Assembly (NCBI RefSeq): GCF_009914755.1
Contig: NC_060935.1
From: the human T2T-CHM13v2.0 reference genome, Homo sapiens
DNA length: 64,000 bases
Strand: one strand, 5' to 3'
In this document: piece after piece, positions 51,593 to 63,575 of the stretch
How the letters are laid out: every line of letters begins with the position of its first letter
Position numbering within the stretch: the first letter of the stretch is position 1
Notes under the pieces: generated by a model
Seen by the model: the letters and a program-made list of their open reading frames with translations, nothing else
Databases searched by the model: none
What the model was told of the DNA's origin: nothing
Position numbers and translations under genes: made by a program

Positions 51593-52054
51593 TTTTTCCT
51601 TCCTTAAAACTTTTGTTATTTTACTTTTAGTCTTGGTGTTTTGAGATTTTACCAGGGAAGACTCCACAACACCAACTTATTGATCACTTATTTTATGTTT
51701 TCTATTATTATTTTATTTGAAAATAATAATCATTAAACATGTGCCACTGGAGCTCCCTTTGTCAATTTTAAATTACTAGCAAGCAAGAAATAACACTTAA
51801 ATAAGTCTACTTTGCTTCCTTATGATTGTTTTCCTTTCCCTTTAAAGAAAAGTGAGAGCTTTTTGATTGCTTTGTATTTTAATTTTATGTTTATCTCTCC
51901 TCTAGTCAGAATACCTTTAAGGCCAGAGTTTTACTCATATGGTTGTGTTGATATAAGACATTCATTCATTTATTAATTTTATAACATTTAGTGCTCACAT
52001 AATAGGTGCCATATTCTATTAAGGGCTGGAAACCTAATGGTAAATAAGTCATGC

Positions 52055-52328
52055 AGTCTGGTTGCAGGACTTTTGGGAAAGCATTTGCTTTCATGAGAAA
52101 ATAAAAGATATAGCACTTCCTTTTTCTTCCTGCCTTAGACAAAGGAAATGACCATAAAGACCTAGAGAACTGCAGAGAAAATATCCCTGAGCATCCCTGA
52201 ACTGTTGCGCAAACGTTAGCAATTGCCTATCTCTAGATTTCTAGTTATGTGAGCATGTCTTCACTTCTTAAGCTATTATATTTGAGTATGCTTTTCCTTG
52301 CAGCTGAAGGCATTTCTGACCAATACAA
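52055..52328 (+). mobile_element. MaLR LTR 3' fragment (old MLT1)
   Basis: gcctatctctagatttctagttatgtgag..cttgcagctgaaggcatt..accaataca. Confidence 0.6.
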
Positions 52329-52390
52329 GAAATGCAAACATTAGGGAACTGGGTCATTCCCAATGACATTATCAAGCCCTTGTAAGAAAG

Positions 52391-52890
52391 TGTCAAAAGA
52401 CAAAATTACAACAAATTTAATTTAAATACTTCTATTGGCTTTATTTGTGATTCTAGAATTGGATAACATTTCAGTTCATAAAATAGAATAAGTGTTCCAA
52501 CGGGCTGAGCAGAGGAGTTTAGCATTATAGACAGAGAAGGGCTGAAGTAAGCAGAAACAAAGAACAAAGAGTATATTAGTTACTTTTAGACAGAAGAATA
52601 GAAAAATAACTCATTAAATAACATCAGGTTACTTTACACTACCTTTTTTGTGAATAAGGATTAAAGCAGAGGAAACTTCATTATTATGCTGATTAAAGAT
52701 TTTAAACTGGTCTGTTTGGGAAATTGTTATTTCTCTCTTCTAATTACTAAGTCACATATCAAGTTAGTTCAGGTTTGGTGAAATGGTACTTCAGCATAGC
52801 TGAGTCCATTTTTATTTTTAATCTGGTTTTTTGGGGCCTAGTACAGGAGCCGAGTCCAAAACAATGACCTCCTGTAATTTTTATATAACA
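52391..52890 (-). mobile_element. ERV1 solo LTR (MER67-like)
   Basis: tgtcaaaagacaaaattacaacaaattta...ggggcctagtacaggagc..gtccaaaacaatgacctcc..tataaca. Confidence 0.8.
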
Positions 52891-52979
52891 AATCATTGAT
52901 AGTACTTCATGGCAGATTTTATGTTAGGTATAAGTGTTAAATTGGGGGCAAGATATGTAATTTTTATTGCTTTCAAGAA

Positions 52980-53225
52980 TAAAACTATAAACAACGGACC
53001 AAAGTCTCAGTGAGCCAGATTTGGATTTAATAGAAATCAGAACTCTCTAACAATGATAATATTTCAGTAATGGAGTGTGTTACCTTCCAAAGACATTAGT
53101 TTCCTATCCATTAAAATTTTCAGAAAGAGGTAGGAATACCATAGAAGAGATTCCAGCACTGCACGGAAGGTTAAGTGGGATGGAAAGAAACTCATAGTGT
53201 TTCTTTAACTGTAAGGTTCTAATAT
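52980..53225 (+). mobile_element. L3/CR1 3' end relic
   Basis: agatttggatttaata..gaactctctaacaat..agtttcctatcc..ctttaactgtaaggttcta. Confidence 0.5.
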
Positions 53226-53247
53226 CAATTTTCAACAATTAGGGTCT

Positions 53248-53728
53248 GTGATACTGTGATAAGAAATATATATTTGGTGTCTGTACCTATTTTTGTCACA
53301 GAGCTCCTAAAGCCCTTGGAATTTCCTAAGTGATAACAGAAGGGTGAATGGAGCATCATTTGTTATTCATAACAAGCTATTTTCAACCACACCTGGGTTA
53401 TGTTAGTGAGGTAATTCTGGAAAGCCCCTAGATAATCATAGGATGAAGGCTGGTTGCCAAGAGACCCAACCATGTAATTGAAGGGAAGGTAGAGAGCCTA
53501 GAGATTGACTTAAGCACCAATGGCCAATGATTTAATTAATCATGCCTACATAATGAAGCTTCCATAAAAACTCAAGAGAAAGAAGTTTGGAGAGCTTCCA
53601 TGTTGGTGAACAGGTTGGTTGTGCTGGGAGAGTGGTATACCTGAAGAGTACCTCGGAGCTCCACTTGCCTTCCCCATACCTCCTCTTGTTTGGGTGTTTC
53701 TGAGTTGTATTCTTTAAGACAAACACAT
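53248..53728 (+). mobile_element. MER21 LTR, 5' part
   Basis: tgtgatactgtgataagaaatatatatttgg..gagctcctaaagcccttggaatttcct..ccaatggccaatgatttaattaatcatgcctac. Confidence 0.88.
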
Positions 53729-54183
53729 TGTGAAACTTATCAGATTCAAAATGGATTCATGTTTATTAAAAAAAAAATCTGAAAATTAGAGCCAGGGAAG
53801 GCTATGAAAAGAGGGTTCGTATACATAAATGCCTGATGATAAAAACTATCACAAATGATTGCAAAAACCACAACCTTGCATAAAGGCCATCACAACCTTA
53901 CACAAAAACTACTTCTGCAAGGACATGTTTCTTGCAACTGGCTGTCTAACTTCAGACTGGTATTACTCTTTTTATTGATCTTTAGAGCCAAGGATAATTA
54001 TCTTAATTACCTCAAAACCACTGTGTAATCTTGCTCATTTTTTCTTTAAAATCCGTTGTCTTTTTTACCTCCCTGAATATGCACATGGTTTACTATGGCA
54101 CATGTATTCTCATCACAATGCCGTATTCCCAAATAAATATCATTTTCTTTTAGAGAGCCCCTCTCTGGTTTTTTAGGTTGACG
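53729..54183 (+). mobile_element. 5' LTR of MER65-like ERV1 provirus
   Basis: tgtgaaac..cagattcaaaatgga..caaccttgcataaaggccatc..ttaggttgac; homologous to 61818-62250. Confidence 0.88.
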
Positions 54184-54187
54184 TAAA

Positions 54188-54205
54188 TGGTGTCAGAAGT
54201 GGGAT
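54188..54205 (+). promoter_or_regulatory. Retroviral primer-binding site, tRNA-Leu (CAA/CAG)
   Basis: TGGTGTCAGAAGTGGGAT, reverse complement of the tRNA-Leu 3' end ATCCCACTTCTGACACCA, after a 4-nt spacer from the LTR. Confidence 0.88.
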
Positions 54206-55732
54206 CTGAAGAAAGACTATTATCAAAAGGAATTGTTAATATTTGGAACTGGTATGCAGTACTCTTCTGAGCCCTTTCAGCTCCCTGCTTCCACAACTCA
54301 CCTATTCTGCCATTGTGAGTCTTCTGTCAGGCCAAGCTTCCCTCTTTTTGTTAGAAGTGCCTGACTTTTTTTTTTTGTTGTTGTTATTGTTGTTATAAGC
54401 CAACTGAAATGAAGAACCTTGCATTCTTTCTGGGATAATAAAATACTTTTTATCTTTCTTGGCAAGTCCTTTAGGGTATAAGGACAAGCGTTATTCTGGT
54501 TTGAGCACTCTGGATTCACAAAATTTACATTCTATCTTTGAGGAGTGTCTTTCCTAGTGAATTTACTTTTAGTTCTTTCTGTGTGCCTAATTTAGTATTT
54601 TGCTTTTATTTTGGGTTGGTTATGTGTATCTGTAAATAATTTGGTTTTTTCCCTTACTTATTTCAAAATTTCTGAAAGCAAAAATAAATATTTTAAATGA
54701 TGGGTTCAGGATGGCTAATTAAAAGTCACTGCCACAGCCACTACCATCTAAAACACTGGTCCAAAAGGATTTATAAAATTATCTTTGCTTTCAAGAGATT
54801 AATGAGAAATAGAATGGAATTCTCAAACATTAAGGCATGCCAAGGGTTTGTGGGACTCTAGCTGACTACGTATTATGGCCTGTTCTCATGCACATTTTTA
54901 AACTGATGGGCAAATTACATTAAGAAAGACTCAAGGCTTGATTGATCATTATTCAGACTCTCTAAAAATCCCCTGTAATTACAGAATTAATGTGTAGAGC
55001 CTTCCTAGCTCTCTCTATCCCTCTATTTCATTTCTCTGCCTAATTTTCTAACTTTTCTACTGGTGTTGAAATAAAACTCTCTGCTTATGGCTTTTCAGTC
55101 AAGACTTTTAAACAGTCTTAAAGGGCTTTCAAATTAATGTCTTACAAATTAAAACAGCTCTATTATAAACAACAATCTAGACACCTTTTTAAAATGTAAA
55201 TTTAAGTAAACCTGTTAGTCAGGTTTGCCTAACAATTGCTTAGGATGACAGAACAGCTAATTGAAGGATTGATACTATAAAAGAAAATAACTAGATAAGT
55301 GCTTATAGAAGTTAAGATCACAGATGATCAAACAGGTCAAAACCTTGAGCTCACAGCAATAATATAAGTTATCTCTATCTATCATAAAAATTGCTTTGTC
55401 TGCCACACAGGAGCCCAAAAGAAAACCAACCAAACAAAAAAACGACCCTGCTAAAATACTTCTCCATCTGCACTGATTAGTCAATCAAATCCAACTAGCC
55501 AACAAAAAATAGATTTGTTACTAAAAGTTACGGCTCTTTAGAGATTTTATTTTCCTTATACAATTCAGCCAGTTCTAGCTAAAATGTAAAGATTGAAAAC
55601 TGAATCTTCCACTCATTTGAAACTGAAAAAAAAAGGTCTTTCAAAACCAAACCACAATGGAAACTGCTTTACCCAATTTTGGTCCATATCCTTCATTAGA
55701 TTACCTATTGGGGTAAATAAAGGTTAGCCATG

Positions 55733-56095
55733 TGATATGGTTTTGCTGTGTCCCCACCCAAATCTCATCTTGAATTGTAGCTCCCACAATTCCCACATGT
55801 GGGAGGGACCTGGTGGGAGATAATTGAATCTTGGGAGTGGGTCTTTACTGTGAGTGCTGTTCTCGTGATAGTGAATAACTCTCACAAGATTTGATGGTTT
55901 TATAAGGGGGAATTTCCCTACACAAGCTCTCCCTTTGCCTGCCGCCATCCATGTAAGACATGACTTGCTCCTCCTTGCCTTCTGCCATGATTGTGAGGTC
56001 TCCCTGGCCATTGGAACTGTAAGTCCATTAAACTTCTCTTTTTCTTCCCAGTCTTGGGTATGTCCTTATCAGCAATGTGAAAATAGACTAATGCA
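55733..56095 (+). mobile_element. THE1B 5' LTR
   Basis: tgatatgg..ccccacccaaatctcatcttgaattgtagctccc..ccatccatgtaagac..gactaatgca. Confidence 0.93.
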
Positions 56096-57647
56096 GTCAA
56101 TTGGTACCTAGGGTATGGTGCTGCTATAGATACCCGAAAATGTGGAAGCAACTTTGGAGCTGGGTAACACGCAGGGGTTGGAACAGTTTGGAGGGCTCAG
56201 AAGAAGATAAGAAAATGTGGGAAAGTTTGGAACTTCCTAGAGACTTGTTGAATGGTTTTGACCAAAATGCTAATAATAAGGACAATGAAATCCAGGCTGA
56301 GGTGGCCTCAAATGGAGATGAGGAACTTGTTGGGAACTGGAGTAAAGGTGACTCTTGCTATGTTTAGCAAAGAGACTGGTGGGATTTTGCCCCAGCCCTA
56401 GAGATTTGTGGAACTTTGAACTGGAGGGAGATGATTTAGGGTATCTGGTGGAAGAAATTTCTAAGCAGCAAGACATTCAAAATGTGACTTGGGTGCTGTT
56501 AAAAGTATGCAGTTTTAAAAGGGAAACAGCATAAAATTTCAGAAAATTTGCAACCTGACAATGAGACAGAAAAGAAAAACCCATCTTCTGAGGAGAAATT
56601 CAACCCGGCTGCAGAAATCTGCATAAATAACAAAGAGTCAAGTGTTAATCACCAAGACAATGGGGAAAATGTCTCCAGGGCATGTCGGAGAAATTTGCAA
56701 CAGCCCCTCCCATCATAGTCCCAGAGGCCTAAAAGAAAAAAATGGTTTCGCGGGCCAGGCCCAGTACCCCTCTGCTCTGTGCAGCCTAGGGACTGGGTGC
56801 CCTGCATCCCAGCTGCTCCAGCCATGGCTAAAAGGGGCCAAGAAACAGCTTGGATTGTTGCTTCAGAGGGTGCATGCCCCAAGCCTGGGTAGCTTCCACG
56901 TGGTATTGAGCCTGTGGGTGCATGGAAGTCAAGAATTCAGTTTGGGAACCTCCACCTAGATTTCAGAGGATATATGGAAAAGCCTGGATGCCCAGGCAGA
57001 AGTTCTCTGCAGGGGTGGGGCCCTCATGGAGAACCTCTGCTAGGGCAGTACAAAAGGGAATTGTGGAGTTGGAGCCCCCACACAGAGTCCTTACCGGGAG
57101 CTGTGAGAAGAGGGCCACTGTCCCCAAGACCCCAGAATGGTAGATCCACCGACAGCTTGCACTGTTCACCTGGAAAAGCAACAGACATTCAATGCCAGCT
57201 CATGAAAGCAGCCAGGTGGGGAGGCTGTACCCTGAAAAGCCACAAGGGCAGAGCCGCCTGAGACCATTGGAACCAACTGCTTGCATCAGTGTGACCTGGA
57301 TGTGAGACATGCAGTCAAAGGAGATCACTTTGGAGCTTTAAGATTTGACTATCCTGCTTCATTTTGGACTTGCATGGGGCCTGCAGCCCCTTTCTTGGGC
57401 CAATTTCTCCATTTGGAATGGCTGTATTTACCCAATGCCTATACCCCATTGTATCTAGGAAGCAACTAACTTGCTTTTAATTTTATAGGCTCATAGGCAG
57501 AAGGAACTTGCCTTGTCTCAGATGAGACATTGTACTGTGGACTTTTGAGTTAATGCTTAAATGAGTTAAGACTTTGGGGGACTGTTGGGAAGGCGTGATT
57601 GGTTTTGAAATATAAGGACATGAGATTTGGGAGGTGCCGGGGTGGAA
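56096..57647 (+). mobile_element. THE1-int (~1.55 kb) with decayed MaLR ORF
   Basis: aattggtacc start; ORF remnant RGWNSLEGSEEDKKMWESLELPRDLLNGFDQNA; ends gagatttgggagg..ggggtggaa. Confidence 0.93.
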
Positions 57648-57982
57648 TGATATGGTTTGGCTGTGTCCCCACCCAAATCTCATCTTGAATTGTAGCTCTC
57701 ATAATTCCCACATGTTGTGGGAAGGACCTGGTGTAAGGTAATTGAATCTTGGGGGTGTGTCCTTTCCATGCTGTTCTCATGATAGTGAATAAGTCTCATG
57801 AGATCTGATGGTTATATAGGGGGAGTTTTCCTGCACAAGCTCTCCTTTTGCCTGCCACCATCCATGTAAGACATGACTTGCTCCTCCTTGCCTTCCTTTT
57901 CAGCCAAGTGGAACTGAGAGTCCATTAAACCTCTTTTTCTTCCCAGTCTTGTGTATGTCTTTATCAGCAGCTTGAAAATTGA
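57648..57982 (+). mobile_element. THE1B 3' LTR with internal deletion and lost terminus
   Basis: Homologous to 55733-56095; lacks the gccatgattgtgagg segment and the terminal ctaataca. Confidence 0.92.
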
Positions 57983-60900
57983 ATGTTAACAGAAATATAA
58001 TTTGTATCTAAATGTCTTTTACAAACAGGTGAGTTAGTATGTTTTACTGTGTCAAGACTAATATTCTAAATAAAAGCAATACTATTTTTGGGTGTGTACA
58101 TGTGTTTAGGTATATTTATGCACATGTACATGTATTAAGCTGTATGTCATGACTGCATGGTGAAAACTGTTATAGTCAACCAGAAATCCCTTAAGAAATT
58201 CTATTCAGATTGGCTTACATGCATTAGTGCTTATATAAACTATACAGTCATCAACCCAAATGGCTTTTTGTTCACATGACTTGAGTAAATCTTTAAAAAG
58301 CTGGTTTTTATATTGTTGGTAAAATAAAAATAAATGTCTTCAAAATAGCATACATTTTTGCCTGGGTTTACTCATCAGACAATTATATATTTGTCTCTTT
58401 TTAGGTGTCAAGGTTTGATACAAAGGTTATAAAACTATAAATTTAGTCTAACACTAAATGATCTTTGATTGTATAATTATTTGATGACTAAGGCTAATGT
58501 AATATTGTTGGTTTTTAACAAGAACAGGTATATCTTCTGAGTTACCAGAAAATATCCATATATTTTTTACTTAGGTGAACACCTGATATTCACAGGGTAT
58601 AAAAATGGTTAAGAGGAAAATAACTTGAAATGTTGACTTTGTCTAATATCTTAGGTTTCATAAGTAATCTAGTTATAATACTTAAAAATAAAGTAGGTAA
58701 ATGTAAATGCAGTAAATATTTATAAATAAACTTTTCATGTAGTTTAAAATCTTAAATTATGTTATGTTTTATTAAGTGATAGATTAAATATCTGGGTAAT
58801 TTCCAAATAAGATAAAAACTAAAATATATTACTGATAATAACATGTTTGTTCTTTACTTCTTAAAATTTTATAAAAAAACTAAATATATCATATTATTTG
58901 GTGTATTTATACATATAACAATTATGTTATGAGGAAACAGATTTCTAAAAGGTGTAAAATGGTTTTCATCTATCAGATACTGATATGTGACAGTTCAAAA
59001 TTGCTTGCTAAAAATTAAGGTTACTGAGAGTTATAACTAATTATTATATATATAATTCTGTATATAAAGAGCACCAAAAATGAGATATTTTTACTGACAG
59101 AAAAATTATAAGAAAGGCATAAAAATGTAGTCTTCATTGAGAAAAAATAATTTCATCTAATTCAGAGGTTATCTAAAGGTTGTTTAAAAATATAGATTTA
59201 TGAAGGAAATAAATAAAGGTTGAAAGGAAAAAATAGGAGAAAAATATGTGAAGAAAGTTATAGGCATGAAAATGTATTTTTGGTAAGGAAGGTTAAAAAA
59301 AGAAATAATTTTGAATGAGAAAGAATCTTGTGTGATAAATTTTTGTCCTTAAGTAAATGACTGATTATTTAAGAAAGAGGAAGACAGGACAAACAGAGTC
59401 TAAACATGTTGTCAAAGGTTTGAGCAAGTCATAATAAGGTTCATGAAGGATACTGTGGATAAAATGGATTTTGTGTGGGACCAAGTTGACTATAATTAGC
59501 ACTCGTAACCTTGGACACACTCTTCCTGTGTCTGATTAAATTCAAGTATCTTTTTCATCAGTTTTGACTTCTGGTTTATCTAAATAGGCTTCCCAAAAGA
59601 AGGAGCAATCACATAAAAGTTTTTTTTTTCTTTTTAACTTTTCTTGGTAACTGGACTAAAAAATAACTTACGTTTTATCAGGATAATTTCCTGAGTTATA
59701 TCTATTAGGTTTTTGATTACTTAGAAATAGTGAACTTTGAAAGGCTCAAGGTTTCTACATCCATGTACCTTTCTGTACTGCTTTTGAAGTCTTTCAATTA
59801 TTATTCTGGTTAAATTAATGACTATTATTTCATAGTGACATGTACTCTCACTTTAGTCAAACATTTTGAATGTTTTGATGTCTTTGACAGCCTTCCCCAG
59901 GATAAACATTCTAAATTAAGTATTTTTGACCAAGGATTAACTTTGAGATTATCCACTTGGGCTCCTGTAGAGCATCAAATAATATATCTCTCATCTTGTA
60001 GACATATTAAATTATTAGGCTTATTTGGTAAATTGTATGGGAAGCATTGTCAAATGGTAAGTGATGCTGAATCTTTTTTCAGTTACATTTATGGGTATGT
60101 CCTAAAATTATATAAAACTTTCAGTAATCAACTATGTCATCAGTCTTATTCTGGATATGATGTTTTATGCCACAAAAAAATAATTTTTTTGGTCAATTAC
60201 TGATTATAATGAATTTACATCAGATTTTCAACCATGGCTATCCTAAATTTTTGTCATCTATAGTTATTGCTTTAAATTCTTCTCTAAAGGCATTCACAAT
60301 CAAATTCCCGGAAGAGACTCTGAAAAGTATTCTAAAATACAGTTTTCTACTAACTTTAAGATCAGTGGACTAAATTAAGTTTTTTCAAAACTCTAATGAA
60401 GAAACTGATGGGTTCATAAAACTTCTAATCATGCTCAAGCAGAATAAAAAATAATTACATGAGAGTGAATAACTGATAATGTTTTATGTCATTTAATTGA
60501 AACATTATTGGTCTTTACTTAAACACTTTGTTTCTCATATTATGAAAAGTATACTTTTTAAAATAAAGATAGAAACATTTGATTTATATGCCTACTTGAT
60601 TACTCTAAAATTTGAAAACTACTCCTGTGTATTCCTAGGTCAATATGGTTATTTGTATGTCTAATAATAATCTGCTCTCTCTTTATGGTAGGATACAACT
60701 GGTTATATTACCAAGGCTTTGCATAAAATATTATATTTGAGTATGTGTATAGAATACCTGGCTTCAAGGGTTCCCAGCCTTACAGTGAGTAAAAAAAAAT
60801 TGTCACTTCTGTGTAGGCTCAGGAACTTTAAGAATGTAGCTAAAATTTAAAATCTGCCTTAGTTTGGCTTCCTAACCTCAAAAAGTTTTAAAATCTGAGA

Positions 60901-61351
60901 TTCCTATGTGATCTATATATAGAGAAAAAGTTATGTTTTTAAAGAAAAGCTATAATACACCTGTTATTAGACTGCAACTCTATATATTGTTTTCAAGTGT
61001 TTTTATCTGCATATAAACGAGACTAGATCCTTAATCCTTCTATATTCCTCCAATAACACTTTTTTCATGAAGTTACTCAAAATGGAAACTGCTCTGTTCG
61101 TAAAGCCCTGCAAGCTAATACTAGATGAATTTTAAGGAACAAGTGTTGTGTCTGATGTATGGGCCACATAAAAAGTTCACCAAACTGTCTGATGTCATAC
61201 CATAGATATTTAAACTACAAGTCAGGATGAGAAATTGATGTTTTCATGCTGTAGACAACTTTTTCCAAGACACTAAAACAAGACTATATATTGTAATAAA
61301 ACTCTTACCCTTCTCAATGTCTACCTTTTCTACTTGGCAGGGTAACAGGCG

Positions 61352-61462
61352 TTTGATTTGTTCAATTGGTTGCCTTTAAGCAGAGGTTTTTGGCTCAAAA
61401 ACATTATGCAAACTGAGATTGACATATTACTGTTAATTTTACTTTGTATTTTCCCTTTTTAG
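61352..61462 (+). pseudogene. env membrane-proximal/transmembrane relic
   Basis: Translates FDLFNWLPLSRGFWLKNIMQTEIDILLLILLCIFPF*, about 350 bp upstream of the PPT and 3' LTR. Confidence 0.55.
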
Positions 61463-61817
61463 ACTTTATATTTGTTACTAGTTAAATTTCTGCAGAAGTA
61501 CAACCCTTAACAAAATAATGCTGGGCCAGCACTTTGAAATTGATAGCAAAAGACAATGAAACAGATAAAATTGAACTTATTAATGGACTCTAGGTAGACT
61601 TAGCCTCAGGACTACTCCCTTCAAAACTTTCATATTGCTCAAATGTGGCTAAAAGGGTTTTGAAACTAAATCCAAGCTATCAATCACTCCCTCCGATGTG
61701 GGACTAGACTAACAAACTGCGATAGGTCCATCCTGGCCCCAGGGGACAATAAAAACCTAACTACAGATGATTGATCAGTGATGCTTTTGAAGAACGATAC
61801 TGATCAAAAGACGGAAA

Positions 61818-62250
61818 TGTGAACATTGTCAGATCAAAATGGAATCACTTGTGTTAAAAAAAAATCCTGACAAATAGAGCCAGGAAGGTTATAAAGTAAG
61901 GGTTTTTATGCATAAATGCTTGATAACCAAACTATCACCAAATACTGCCAAAACTGCAAACTTGCACAAAGGCCATCAAAATCTATTTTTTAATACTTCA
62001 GTGAGGACATTTGCCCAACAACTGCATATCTAATTTCTGACTAGCATCACCCTTCTTATTGCTCCTTGTAGTCAAGGATAATTATCTCAAAACAATCATA
62101 CAATTCTCTTCAATTGTTTTTAAACTTTGTCTTCATCTACCTCCTTGAATATATACATAGTTTATTATAGCACACATACTCCCATTGCAATGCTGTTTCT
62201 GAATGTGTATAATTTTCCTTTAGAGATCTTTTGTTAGTTATTTAGATTGA
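61818..62250 (+). mobile_element. 3' LTR of MER65-like provirus
   Basis: tgtgaacattgtcagatcaaaatggaatcac..cttgcacaaaggccatc..tttagattga; possible TSD acat/agat. Confidence 0.88.
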
Positions 62251-62625
62251 AGATGTAAACATAATTAAAGTGTTTCTCTGAGTCCTATAAGTCTTGATAG
62301 CAAAGTACCAAACCCAAAGAGGGGTCTTGGGAACCTCAATTTGTAGCCACGTTGGACAGATGTATGGGTAACCTGGGGACCTTTACTTGCAATTGGTATA
62401 TGAAGTGGGAAGTAGTCTTGTGGGACTAAGCCCTTAACCCGTGGGATGTGCACTAACCTCAGGTAGTCAATGTGATAACTGAATTGCAGGATACTCAGTT
62501 GGTGCCCAGAGAGTTGGAGAATTGGTTAGTAAGAGCAAAACATCCACACATATGGTGTCAGAGTGAAGTTTTGAGAATGTAGTGAAGTGTTGAGTATTTA
62601 GAATAGAGATAAACAAGGAGTTCTC
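62251..62625 (+). mobile_element. MER21 LTR, 3' part
   Basis: Resumes gtaaacataattaaagtgtttctctgag..gtcttgtgggactaagccct..ccacacatatggtgtcaga. Confidence 0.85.
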
Positions 62626-63469
62626 CTTGGAGAGGAGAAAATAGAGTTTCCTTTAAAGGGCCAAAATCAAAAAGGCTTTAAATAAAAAAACTTCTTTAAA
62701 ACTGTTAAATCCCAATTAAAATGACCAGAACACCCAATTCCTCTATTCTAATTGAGATTATTCAGGCCAATTAGAGCTAATAGTAATTCCATGCAATTCT
62801 CATTCATAAAAATATTAATAAAACCTTTAATTTACATATAAAGTATGATTATTTTTTCTTTCTTTTATGGGCTTACTACAAAACCTAAACTTTTAAATAT
62901 ATTGACAGGGTAAATTTACACAGGACTAATAAAAGCTGTCTACTGGATGTGTTACGTGAGTTTTAATTTAGCAAAGGAAAGAAATTCTTTACTTTTAGCT
63001 AAAAATACTATCTAAACAATTACAGTTATAACTCCAGGTGATTATTTCATAATGTTGACATTACATTAAAGTCCAATATGTTAAGATGTGATTTTTAAAA
63101 ATTTTGACAAAAGTTATAATTTAAAACAAAACAAAACAACTCAATGTTTAGGCCTACAATGACAGCCTTGCCAAGAATGGTAGAAACGCATATCCCTCTA
63201 CCCACACGAAGGGGAAATAGCATATACCTCTCAAATTATATGACTCACTCCCTACCTGAGAGATATAGAACATATGACCTAGGCCAATCTGGAGGAGTTA
63301 GAACATATTTTAAAAGATAATTATAAGAAATAAGTCACTTTTAAAATTACTGTGGAAACAAGATAAATTCACCATGCTATTTGTACAGCATTCGAGTTGT
63401 TTTCCCCTAGATTAAGCAATTTGCTTCTCTCTGGCAAATGCCATGTGAACCATATTAGGGTCTCCCATT

Positions 63470-63575
63470 GCATTTCTTGAACACAGGCAAATATAGGACC
63501 AGGTACTGTGTTAGGTGCTGGCGTATAAGGGTAAACAAATGCAACGTGATCCTGGATTTCATAGACCCTATTAGT
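63470..63575 (-). mobile_element. L2 fragment
   Basis: ccaggtactgtgttaggtgctgg..atcctggatttcataga. Confidence 0.55.

Larger units (their letters stand above)
54184..61817 (+). mobile_element. MER65/MER4-group internal region, non-coding and AT-rich, split by THE1B
   Basis: Between two related LTRs; PBS at start, degenerate polypurine tract aaaagacggaaa at 61806-61817; no long ORF. Confidence 0.85.

Noticed and set aside
54188-54210. tRNA-like sequence as a tRNA gene
   Set aside because: Only the antisense 3' end is present next to an LTR, so it is a PBS.
56101-57469. Cluster of ORFs resembling hypothetical proteins
   Set aside because: Broken MaLR internal ORF of THE1-int, not a gene.
59835-60373. 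ORFs inside the ERV internal region
   Set aside because: No gag, pol or env motifs; chance frames in AT-rich DNA.
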